This document shows, one piece after another, positions 56,048 through 64,000 of a stretch of 64,000 nt of DNA. The notes under the pieces are model-generated. The model made no database searches. It worked only from the letters and a program-made list of their open reading frames with translations, and had not been told where the DNA came from. A program made the translations under genes and the position numbers. The DNA comes from Verrucomicrobiales bacterium (lineage in GTDB: Bacteria; Verrucomicrobiota; Verrucomicrobiia; Verrucomicrobiales; V1-33). The DNA lies in assembly GCA_028293125.1 (NCBI GenBank), contig JAQGPJ010000062.1, positions 2,514 through 66,513 on the forward strand, read 5' to 3'. Each line of letters opens with the position of its first letter. Within the stretch, counting starts at the first letter, position 1.

Positions 56048-56689
56048 TCAGGCCGGGGAGCCAACCTCAGCCTTTTCGTGCTTTTTCACAAAATTCGCCA
56101 GCAGGCGCAGGCCGGCGGACTGGCTTTTCTCCGGGTGGAACTGGGTGGCGATAAGGTTCCCGCGCTCAATGGCGCTTACAAAATCACCGCCGTAACCGGT
56201 CACCCCGCCCGTGATGGCGGGATCCTCCGGAACCGGATAGTAGGAGTGGACAAAGTAGAAGAAGGGATTCCGCTCCGCTCCGTCCCAGCCCAGGGAGGCG
56301 GGGCGGGGCAGCTCAACGCGGTTCCAGCCCATGTGGGGGACTTTGAGGTCAGGGAGGGATTTGAAACGCACCACCCGGCCTTTGAAAATCCCCAGACCCT
56401 CCACTTCCGGATTCTCCTCGCTGCTCTCAAACAGCGCCTGATAACCGATGCAGATGCCGAAAAAGGGCCGGTCCGCTTGGATCCAGTCGCGAAGCGGCTC
56501 CACCAAGTCCAGACGCCTCAGCGCGGTCATGGAGTCCCCGAACGCCCCTTGGCCGGGAAAGACCAAGGCATCAAGTCCGGCAAACCGCTGCGGGGAGTCC
56601 ACGTATTCGGCTTCGGTGCCCACGCAGCGCAGCGCATTGCGCACGCTTTGAAGATTGCCGCCGCCGTAGTTGATGATGCCGAGTTTCAT
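56048..56689 (-). CDS. hisH: Imidazole glycerol phosphate synthase, glutamine amidotransferase subunit
   Basis: MKLGIINYGGGNLQSVRNAL ... FFGICIGYQALF ... catalytic Cys context, and HSY...FHPEKS at the C-terminus. Confidence 0.95.
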   Translation of the reverse strand: MKLGIINYGGGNLQSVRNALRCVGTEAEYVDSPQRFAGLDALVFPGQGAFGDSMTALRRLDLVEPLRDWIQADRPFFGICIGYQALFESSEENPEVEGLGIFKGRVVRFKSLPDLKVPHMGWNRVELPRPASLGWDGAERNPFFYFVHSYYPVPEDPAITGGVTGYGGDFVSAIERGNLIATQFHPEKSQSAGLRLLANFVKKHEKAEVGSPA

Positions 56690-56747
56690 GACCGCTCACC
56701 GAACACTTGAAGGCCGGGAACCGCAAGCGCGGGAGCGCGCCGCGCGC

Positions 56748-57341
56748 TTAAAGCGCCTCCTTGGTGCTGGGAACACCGATCACCCGCGGATCCCGGCGCA
56801 TGGCTTGGTCCAAAGCCCGCGCCAAGCCTTTGAACAGAGCCTCGGCCATGTGATGGGCATCGCGTCCGTAAAGGATCTCCGTGTGGAGATTCGCCGCCAG
56901 ATTGAAGGAGAAGGCGCGCATGAATTCCTCCACCAACTGGAACGGAAAGAGACCGATGGCGTCCACCCGCTCCGGCACCCGGTGCTCCAAATAGGCGCGG
57001 CCGCTGAGGTCGACTACCACCCGCGCCAAGGTCTCGTCCATGGGCAGCAGCATGGAGCCGTAGCGCACGATGCCATGCTTGTCCCCCAACGCCTGGCGGA
57101 TTGCCTGCCCCAGCACGATGCCGGTGTCCTCCACGGTGTGGTGGAAATCGACATGCAGGTCGCCCTCCGCCCGCACCTCCAGATCGATCAGGCTGTGCTT
57201 GGCGAAAAGCGTCAGCATATGGTCAAAAAACCCGATGCCGGTGGCGATGTCCGCGCGGCCGGATCCGTCCAGGTCCACGGAAAGACTGATCTGTGTCTCC
57301 GCCGTGCGGCGGCTGAGGGTGGCGGTGCGGGAATTCGGCAT
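56748..57341 (-). CDS. hisB: Imidazoleglycerol-phosphate dehydratase
   Basis: [18 protein letters not shown] ... [23 protein letters not shown] ... [21 protein letters not shown] ... [15 protein letters not shown]. Confidence 0.95.
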   Translation of the reverse strand: MPNSRTATLSRRTAETQISLSVDLDGSGRADIATGIGFFDHMLTLFAKHSLIDLEVRAEGDLHVDFHHTVEDTGIVLGQAIRQALGDKHGIVRYGSMLLPMDETLARVVVDLSGRAYLEHRVPERVDAIGLFPFQLVEEFMRAFSFNLAANLHTEILYGRDAHHMAEALFKGLARALDQAMRRDPRVIGVPSTKEAL

Positions 57342-57562
57342 GGTGTCAGAAAGCGGAGCCTTGCGCCAAAATCAAGTCCATCCGCCGGCGGTCGCCGGGA
57401 ATGGAGACCATGCCGGAAATGGAAGTCAGGACAGCATCCGGGTTTTGATTCCACCCTGCCGATATCCAAACAGCCGAAAGGCCATTGCCGGCCCCCTTTT
57501 CGGGGGCGGCGGACAATGGCCTTTCAGTAAATTGCCGGAATCCGGGCCGGCTGAATGAATGA

Positions 57563-58915
57563 TCAGTCGTCGGCGGGGTCCTTCTTTTTGGACAGGGCTT
57601 TAACAATCAGACCCACCAGCAGCAGCGCGCCCGCGCCGGCGATCAGATAGTAGGGCATGTTGGACTTTTCCTCCTCGACCGGAGCCTCCTCCTCGGCGGC
57701 GGCTTCCTCGGCGGAGGCAGTGGTGGCTTTCACCGGAGCGCCGGCGGCGGTTTTGGCCGGGACGGTGCTGGGTTTCTTGACATCAGTGGCTGCCGGAGCG
57801 GCGGGGCCCGACGCCTCTCTCACCCGGCGCTCCTCCTCGGCGGCGCGCTTGGCCACTCCCAGCTGATCCTTGATAAGGGTTTCCTTGGTGAAGACCTTGC
57901 CGGCATCCTCGAAGTTGCGCACGGCGGAGAGGTAGTTCTTGTCGTTCAGGTTCTTCAGACCGGACTGGAAGGCTTCAGCGGCCAGTTTCTCTTGGGCAAG
58001 ATTGATCTTGTTGATGCGGTCGGACTCCTTTTTGAGAGCGGTCTTGGCATCTTGGATGGATTTCAGATCGGTGAGGCTGTAGGGAGGGATTCCCAGCTTC
58101 TGCTTGCGGGCCTCGTCCTGAAGGGCCTTGAAATCCTCGTCCACCTGCTTTTTAGCGGCTTCATACTCCCGCTTCTGGTCAGCGGTCATGCTTTTGACAG
58201 AGTCGGCGGCTTGTTTGAGGAGGATGGGCTGCTCTTGGATGCGCAGGTCGAGAATGGCGTCAAAATCCGGGATAACCCCTTTAAAAAGCTCAAAAGCCTT
58301 GTTGGTCTCCACGGAGGCCGGCTTTTCACGCTCCAACTCGGCCAAAATCCGGTAAGCCGCATAGTAGTCCGTGCTGTTGTCCTTTTTGGCCACCAGCGTC
58401 TGCATGGCCAAGCGCCGGCGCCGGGCCTCGATATTGTAGGCGTTCCAGCGGAGTTCCTGGGGACTGACCCATTGGCCTTCGATTTTCAAAGCCCCGGTTT
58501 TAGCCTTGGCCAGTTCCTCCTGATAGGTTTTGACGATGGCCTCGATTTTGGATTTATGCGGGGAGGTCGGATATTTTTTCAGGAAGGGCAGGAGCTTCTC
58601 ATCAAGCACCTTCTGATAACCGGCGTCCGAAAGGCCATCCTCCACCGGGACCAGCTTTTCCAGTTGGGCCGCCTCAACCAGATCCGGAGTGGCTTTGATC
58701 AGCTCCACAATGTCCTTTTTATCGACTTTCTGGACATCCATGATGTTGCCAGTGCGCACCTCAATCTCCACAAAGGTGGCAGTTTCATTTTTGATGGTGC
58801 CGTCCAAGGTGGTTCCGTCGCGTTTTTTGATGATGTCACCGGCGGCGGCGGAGAACGCGGTGCCCAGAAAAGCCGCCAGCACACTGGCGCGGAATCGGAG
58901 GGAGACGGAAGTCAT
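57563..58915 (-). CDS. Hypothetical secreted, helical protein with a C-terminal transmembrane anchor
   Basis: Preferred start is M24 (MTSVSLRFRASVLAAFLGTAFSAAAG, signal-like; coordinate derived from the ORF-track frame). Long Lys/Glu/Ala-rich helical region, Ala/Pro-rich linker, terminal TM MPYYLIAGAGALLLVGLIV followed by KALSKKKDPADD. Confidence 0.6.
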   Translation of the reverse strand: MTSVSLRFRASVLAAFLGTAFSAAAGDIIKKRDGTTLDGTIKNETATFVEIEVRTGNIMDVQKVDKKDIVELIKATPDLVEAAQLEKLVPVEDGLSDAGYQKVLDEKLLPFLKKYPTSPHKSKIEAIVKTYQEELAKAKTGALKIEGQWVSPQELRWNAYNIEARRRRLAMQTLVAKKDNSTDYYAAYRILAELEREKPASVETNKAFELFKGVIPDFDAILDLRIQEQPILLKQAADSVKSMTADQKREYEAAKKQVDEDFKALQDEARKQKLGIPPYSLTDLKSIQDAKTALKKESDRINKINLAQEKLAAEAFQSGLKNLNDKNYLSAVRNFEDAGKVFTKETLIKDQLGVAKRAAEEERRVREASGPAAPAATDVKKPSTVPAKTAAGAPVKATTASAEEAAAEEEAPVEEEKSNMPYYLIAGAGALLLVGLIVKALSKKKDPADD

Positions 58916-59086
58916 ATTTGGGGAAAATTTTATCATGGAACCTGAAAACAAAACGGAGACTCCGGAATGAATCCGGTGGCGCATCCATGTTGAACCGGAC
59001 CGGACTGAACACTCAAGGGAAATCTGTTCCGGTCATCGGATTTTGCCGTAAGTCCGGCTGCAGAGCGGGGAAAACAACCCCTCCCG

Positions 59087-59620
59087 TCACTTGGCCGGGG
59101 CAGCCGGTGTTTTGCTGATCAGGCCGTTAAGCAATCCACCATGATCACCGCCGCTCCATGTGCCGGCATAAGTGCCGTCGTAAACAAGCACGCGGGCCGA
59201 ATAGGTGCCGGCTCCGGGCAGGCCGAACTTGTCCACCACGATCACTGGAGTGTCCCCCGCCCATTTCATTTGCACGGGCACCGGCACCACCACATTCACG
59301 GTGCCGTATTTGATCCGGGCATTGATGACCCAGCGGTCGCCACCCGATTTCGCGACCCCCACGATTTCATACTGCTCCGGTTTCTCCGGACCCAGTTTGC
59401 CCTCCTTGATGGAGCACCACCGCCCGGTGAAGGTCACGTTGGTCATGGCCTCCACAAATTTGGCCTCCATCTCCTCTGTGGGACCGGCGGGAGCGGGTGC
59501 CGGGACGGTGGGGACGGGCGTGGCGGGATCCGCCGCAGGCGGAGCCGCCGGTGCGGGTTCCCCGGCATGCAGTGCGGAGGCGGCAATCAGCGGAAGGAAA
59601 AGCCCGGTCATCAGTTTCAT
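59087..59620 (-). CDS. Hypothetical secreted protein (177 aa)
   Basis: ATG at 59620 (MKLMTGLFLPLIAASALHA signal peptide), a Pro/Ala-rich linker, then a ~120-aa beta-rich domain. No family recognised. Confidence 0.55.
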   Translation of the reverse strand: MKLMTGLFLPLIAASALHAGEPAPAAPPAADPATPVPTVPAPAPAGPTEEMEAKFVEAMTNVTFTGRWCSIKEGKLGPEKPEQYEIVGVAKSGGDRWVINARIKYGTVNVVVPVPVQMKWAGDTPVIVVDKFGLPGAGTYSARVLVYDGTYAGTWSGGDHGGLLNGLISKTPAAPAK

Positions 59621-59873
59621 ATGTTTTGAGAATACTTGAAAAGCCGCCGCTTGGCGAATCCGGTTTTGCGGAGTTTGCCTGGTCTGTCCAAACAGGCGGA
59701 CAAGGCGTAAAAGCTCCTCGGATACCTTTTGCAAGATGGCGATTTCCTTAAAGATAGATTGATTATCCTCTCGGAATGCACATTTTTATCGAAATCGTGA
59801 TCCGGTGATTCTTATTTTTAAGAATCCGCTCTTGTCCAACCCGGCTTTTTGCTGTCCCTGAGGAACTTTCACC

Positions 59874-62432
59874 ATGTCCTCCTTCTCCCGGCGCGATGCG
59901 GCTGCCCCCGGTGCCCTGATTGTGGAGCCGGATGAGGGCGTGCGCAGCCGGGTGTCAGCGGGACTGCGGGAGCAGGGACTGGAGGTCTCGGAGTGCGGGG
60001 ATATGGCCAAGGGCCGGGAGCTTTACCGGGGCCAAGGGCTAGTGATCGCCCCCCTGAACGGCAACAACGGGGACATGCGGGAATTTGTGGCCTGGCTGCG
60101 CGCGGAGGCCGGCACCAGCCAGCCTTGGATCATCGCCATGGGTGCAAATCACCGGCTCAGCCCGGAGGAGACGCCCGGCCTTTACGGGGTGAACGACTTG
60201 GTGGCCGGTCCCTTGGACACCACCCAACTGGTCAAACGCCTGGAGGCGGCGGCCATGGACCGGACGGCGGACACGGATGCCGCCAATCCGGAGTTCCGGC
60301 CCCGTGCCTGGCGCGAGGCCTCGATGGGCCTGATCCTGGAGCATTTCCCCGGAGCGGCGGCGGTGCTGGACCGTTCCATGATGTTCATGGCGACCAACCG
60401 GCAGTGGTTCACCACGTTCGGAGTCTCCGCCGTCTCCCTGACCGGACACGGCTACCACGAGTTTTTTGCGGATATGCACCCCGACTGGCGGCAGCTGTAT
60501 GAGCGCTGCATGGCCACCGGAGTCAAGGAATGCCGGAATGACCAGCTGGGACTGGCGGGGGAACAGCCCTTCCCGGTGCGCTGGGAGATCTGTGTTTGGC
60601 AGGAGCCCGACGGAAGCATCGGAGGACTGGTGGTGACCTGCGCGCCTCCGGCGGCAGTGGCTGCGGCAGTTCCCGCCGCTGATACCGCCCCCCGCCCCGC
60701 CGTTGTCCCGCCGGACGCTGAGGAAGCGGAGGAGCGCGCCGGCTCCCTGAATGAACCGCCGCTCCCGCCGCAGCCACTGCCGCCGGAAATTGAGGTCAGG
60801 GAACCATCAGGCGCCTCCCCGGGTCAACGCCCCGTCCCCCCGCGCGTGGCGGATGCTGCCTCATGGGACGACCGTCCGCAGGCCCGGCAGGCGCAGGGCA
60901 CCGGAGTGGACGCCGCTTTCCGGGAAATGGCCGAGGCCGCGCCCTTCGGCATGGTGCTGCTGAATGACGAGGCGCAGGTGATTTACGCCAATCCCCAGCA
61001 CCGGGCCGCCCTGGGCATCGGCATCGCCGAAGCCGGCGGCCTGATGAGCTGGCTGAAGCGGGCGCTGCCCCGCGACGAGGAGCTGCGGAAAGCCGCCATG
61101 GAGCAATGGCGGCTGAATGTCTGGCAGCGGCACAATGCCCTGACCTGTTCCCTGCGGACCGTGGAGGGGCTGATGAAGGATATCGAATTCCGCCCCGCCC
61201 CGCTGACGGGCGACCGCGTGCTGCTGACCATCTTCGACGTCACGGATGCGCGGCTGGATGAGCACGCCGTCCGCACCAGCGAGATCAAACACCGGGGTCT
61301 GTTCCAGCATTCCTCCGCCGCTTTCGCGGTCATGAACGCGGCGGGCCATCTCTCGGATGTCAATCCGGCGTTTGAAGTCCTGACCGGCTGTACGAAGCCG
61401 GAGCTGCGCCGCTCCAGTCTGGCGGATTTTCTGCCGCCGGAGGCCATGCGCCGGCTGCGCCCGGCGGACGAGGCCGCCAACGTCCCCTTCTCCACGGTGA
61501 TCCGGCACCGTTCCGGCAGGACCACCTCCGTGCGCCTGGCGGTTTCCCTCATCCGGAATGAACAGGGGCATCCGGTGCTCACCGGCTGCACCTTCCTGCC
61601 TATGCCCGGTCTGGAGGTGCTGACCGGGGAATCCGGGACCGATGCCAAGCAGTGGGCCGGCGCCGATTGGGGCAGCATTACGCCCGATCTGATGTTTGTG
61701 CTGGATGATGCCGGCTTGGTGATCAGTCATAACCATCCCCGTGACTTCGCCTCCCTGGTGCCGCCGGGCTCCCGGCTGCATGGACAGTTCCTGGAACGCG
61801 CCCTTCCCCTCCTGATCGGCCCCCTCCCGTTGGACATGATGATGGAGCGCCTGCTGGACGACCGCGGCCATGAGATCCGGTGTGTCTTCCAGCTGACCCT
61901 GCCGGGGGAGGCCATGCGCCGCTCCATGGAGGCCCGGATGCTCCGGCTGCGGGAGCCGCCCGGCGGGCCGGCGGTGAAAGGGTCGGCCATGGGCGCGGCT
62001 GCGGCTGCAACCGTGGGGACAGCCTTCGGGCTAGCCATCAGGGATCTCACCGGAACCACACCGCAGGCATCCGATCCCGGAGCGTTTCTTCACCACCTGC
62101 GGACTCCGGCGGTGTTGGCCACGGACCGGGGCCGCATCCTGCGGCTCAATCCCGCCGCCGAGGCCCTTTTCGGCTATACTTCCGACGAGCTCAAAACCCA
62201 CGGACTCCACCGGCTTTTCCAGCCCGGGGATTCCGCGGCTTTCTGCACCATGGTCTCCGGCCACCTCTCGGAGACACGGGAATGGTGCGCCACCACCCCC
62301 TTCACCCGTAAGGATGGCCACACCGGGCTTTGCCAAGTGGAACTGACGCGCTGCGTGGATGAGGCCACCGCTTTCCAAGGCCTCATCCTCCTGATCCACC
62401 CCGCCGCCGCTGCAGGTCCATCACCAACCTGA
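59874..62432 (+). CDS. Multi-PAS protein with N-terminal degenerate (pseudo-)receiver domain and no recognisable output domain
   Basis: 852 aa. CheY-like N-terminus (ALIVEPDEGVRSRV...). At least four PAS-like segments (e.g. AAAVLDRSMMFMATNRQW, APFGMVLLNDEAQVIYANPQH, SSAAFAVMNAAGHLSDVNPAFEVLTG, TPAVLATDRGRILRLNPAAEALFGYT). Confidence 0.75.
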   Translation: MSSFSRRDAAAPGALIVEPDEGVRSRVSAGLREQGLEVSECGDMAKGRELYRGQGLVIAPLNGNNGDMREFVAWLRAEAGTSQPWIIAMGANHRLSPEETPGLYGVNDLVAGPLDTTQLVKRLEAAAMDRTADTDAANPEFRPRAWREASMGLILEHFPGAAAVLDRSMMFMATNRQWFTTFGVSAVSLTGHGYHEFFADMHPDWRQLYERCMATGVKECRNDQLGLAGEQPFPVRWEICVWQEPDGSIGGLVVTCAPPAAVAAAVPAADTAPRPAVVPPDAEEAEERAGSLNEPPLPPQPLPPEIEVREPSGASPGQRPVPPRVADAASWDDRPQARQAQGTGVDAAFREMAEAAPFGMVLLNDEAQVIYANPQHRAALGIGIAEAGGLMSWLKRALPRDEELRKAAMEQWRLNVWQRHNALTCSLRTVEGLMKDIEFRPAPLTGDRVLLTIFDVTDARLDEHAVRTSEIKHRGLFQHSSAAFAVMNAAGHLSDVNPAFEVLTGCTKPELRRSSLADFLPPEAMRRLRPADEAANVPFSTVIRHRSGRTTSVRLAVSLIRNEQGHPVLTGCTFLPMPGLEVLTGESGTDAKQWAGADWGSITPDLMFVLDDAGLVISHNHPRDFASLVPPGSRLHGQFLERALPLLIGPLPLDMMMERLLDDRGHEIRCVFQLTLPGEAMRRSMEARMLRLREPPGGPAVKGSAMGAAAAATVGTAFGLAIRDLTGTTPQASDPGAFLHHLRTPAVLATDRGRILRLNPAAEALFGYTSDELKTHGLHRLFQPGDSAAFCTMVSGHLSETREWCATTPFTRKDGHTGLCQVELTRCVDEATAFQGLILLIHPAAAAGPSPT

Positions 62433-62478
62433 AGCCGCGGGCGCACAAGAGTGCGGCAGGTGCGGCGGCGGGATGCCG

Positions 62479-64000
62479 TCACGGGGCGTCCCGCACCGCC
62501 TCAGGTTTGAGATTGTGGTGGAAATCATTGCCCTGAAGCGTGGCGGCCACATAGCCAGTGCGGATAACGAAGTCACCAAAGTGCTCACCGTCGTTCCGTT
62601 CCTTGGCGTAATGCTGGAGCACCGGAGCCAGGGTGTCGCGGATATCCGAGGAGGCCACATCCTGACGGTAAAGCTTGCTGAGGCGCTGGCCGGCGTGACC
62701 GCCGCCGAGATAGAGATTGTAGCGGTCCGGACCGCGGCCCACAAAGCCGATCTCCGAGATGAAAGGACGGCCGCAGCCGTTGGGGCAGCCGGTCATGCGG
62801 ATGGTGATGGAGTCGTGGCGCAGGCCGGCCTCCTCGATGGTCTCCTCCAGTTCCGTCAGGACATCCGGCAGATAGCGCTCGGCCTCCGCCAGCGCCAAGG
62901 CGCAGGTCGGCAGAGCCACGCAGGCAATGGAGGACAGGCGCAGGGCATTGCGTTCATGGCTGAGGGCCATGCCGTGTTTCTCCAGCAGGGCCTCCACCTC
63001 GGAGCGCTTTTTGGCGGAGATGTTGGCGATGATGAGGTTCTGATTGGCGGTCAGACGGAAGTCGCCATCGTGGATTTTGGCAATCTCCCGCAGGCCGGTG
63101 CGCATGGGGGAGGAGGCGGAATCGAGAACGCGGCCCCCCTCGACAAAAAGGGTGTAATGGAAATTGCCCACCTCGTCCTCCACCCAGCCGAAGCGGTCGC
63201 CGTTGTCCGTGAAGACATAAGGCTTCGCGGGCTCCAGATTGTAGCCCAGATACTTGTTCAGCTGCGCGAGGAACCAGTCCGGCCCGTGGTCATTGACCGT
63301 GTATTTCAGGCGTGAATGCTTGCGGTCCGTGCGGTCGCCGTAGTCGCGCTGCACCATGAGCACCTTCTCGGCCACATCCACGGCCCGGCCCGCCGCGCAG
63401 TAGCCGATGACATCCGCCAGGCGGGGGAAGGTGGCCTCGTTGCCGTGCGTCATGCCCATGCCGCCGCCCACGGCTACATTGTAGCCGACCAGTTCGTCGT
63501 TTTCGACAATGGCGATGAAGGAGAGGCAGTTGGCGAAGACATCGACATCGTTGCTGGGCGGGATGGCGATGGTGATCTTGAATTTGCGCGGCAGATAGGT
63601 TTTGCCGTAGATGGGCTCCACCTCCTCCTTCTCACTGGTCTCCACCTTCTCCCCGTCCAGCCAGATCTCATGATAGGCGCGGGTGGAGGGGGTCAGGTGC
63701 GCGGAGATGTCCTGCGCGGTTTTCAGAGCCGCCGCGTGGACGCTGGAGAGGTGCGGGTTGGGATTGCACATCACGTTGCGGTTCACGTCCCCGCAGGCGG
63801 CGATGGTGTCCATGGCCGCGGCGTTGATGGCCTTCATGGTCCGCTTCAGGTTGCTCTTGATGATGCCGTGGAGCTGGAACGCCTGGCGCGTGGTCAGCTT
63901 GATGGTGCCATTGGCGTAGGTGTCAGCGATGGCGTCCGTCGCCAGCCACTGGCCCGGAGTGGCCACGCCGCCCGGCACCCGGATGCGCAGCATGAAGCTG
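62479..64000 (-). CDS. cysI: Assimilatory sulfite reductase hemoprotein (siroheme/4Fe-4S) subunit; N-terminus lies beyond the right window edge
   Basis: Colinear with E. coli CysI as I recall it: LRIRVPGG ... TTRQAFQLHGI ... CGDVNRNVMC ... YLPRKFK ... TGCPNGCGRP ... The reading frame stays open upstream of the track Met at 63993. Confidence 0.9.
   Translation of the reverse strand, partial: SFMLRIRVPGGVATPGQWLATDAIADTYANGTIKLTTRQAFQLHGIIKSNLKRTMKAINAAAMDTIAACGDVNRNVMCNPNPHLSSVHAAALKTAQDISAHLTPSTRAYHEIWLDGEKVETSEKEEVEPIYGKTYLPRKFKITIAIPPSNDVDVFANCLSFIAIVENDELVGYNVAVGGGMGMTHGNEATFPRLADVIGYCAAGRAVDVAEKVLMVQRDYGDRTDRKHSRLKYTVNDHGPDWFLAQLNKYLGYNLEPAKPYVFTDNGDRFGWVEDEVGNFHYTLFVEGGRVLDSASSPMRTGLREIAKIHDGDFRLTANQNLIIANISAKKRSEVEALLEKHGMALSHERNALRLSSIACVALPTCALALAEAERYLPDVLTELEETIEEAGLRHDSITIRMTGCPNGCGRPFISEIGFVGRGPDRYNLYLGGGHAGQRLSKLYRQDVASSDIRDTLAPVLQHYAKERNDGEHFGDFVIRTGYVAATLQGNDFHHNLKPEAVRDAP

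Noticed and set aside
58855-58925. Apparent 1-nt frame inconsistency while hand-translating the 57563..58984 ORF around the line breaks at 58860/58920
   Set aside because: My manual reading of the nucleotide text gave one extra G near 58860 and one G fewer near 58920, relative to the frame implied by both ORF-track entries (57563..58984 and 58918..59118). The two differences cancel, and the track is computed from the sequence. I attribute this to my own reading or counting error, not to a frameshift or pseudogene.

Overview
This is a 64-kb GC-rich bacterial chromosomal segment. The gene content includes giant secreted LTD/CotH/LamG/malectin-like proteins with thrombospondin-type-3 (TSP3) Ca-binding repeats, a long-form NagB, and DGLSxLLEFxLG motifs. 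That content suggests a Verrucomicrobiota-like organism, but this is inference only. I support 34 protein-coding genes (2 cut by the window edges), 2 tRNAs (Leu-UAG, Thr-CGU), 4 intrinsic terminators and several in-frame tandem repeats. Three themes stand out. (1) Ordinary chromosome genes: glnD, a sigma-54 response regulator, nagB/gntK, hisBH, cysI, a MocR regulator and a PAS protein. (2) About one third of the window encodes five very large secreted multidomain proteins. All five end in the same ~65-90-aa C-terminal module (Y-x-h-x-x-S-x-x-L-x-x-W, then [RK]-x-[FY]-[FWYV]-R-[VLA] at the extreme C-terminus), a candidate uncharacterised sorting/anchoring tag. (3) A ~12-kb, partly lower-GC defence island lies directly 3' of tRNA-Thr. 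It holds a type I R-M operon (hsdM-hsdS-hsdR) with a Schlafen/AlbA_2-type ATPase gene inserted between hsdS and hsdR, a split OLD-like/AbiL-like ATPase + RloB pair, and an orphan RHH antitoxin. I saw no CRISPR array, integrase, transposase or rRNA. Most long ORFs antisense to the called genes are high-GC shadow ORFs and were rejected. All domain calls rest on motif recognition by eye; no searches were run.
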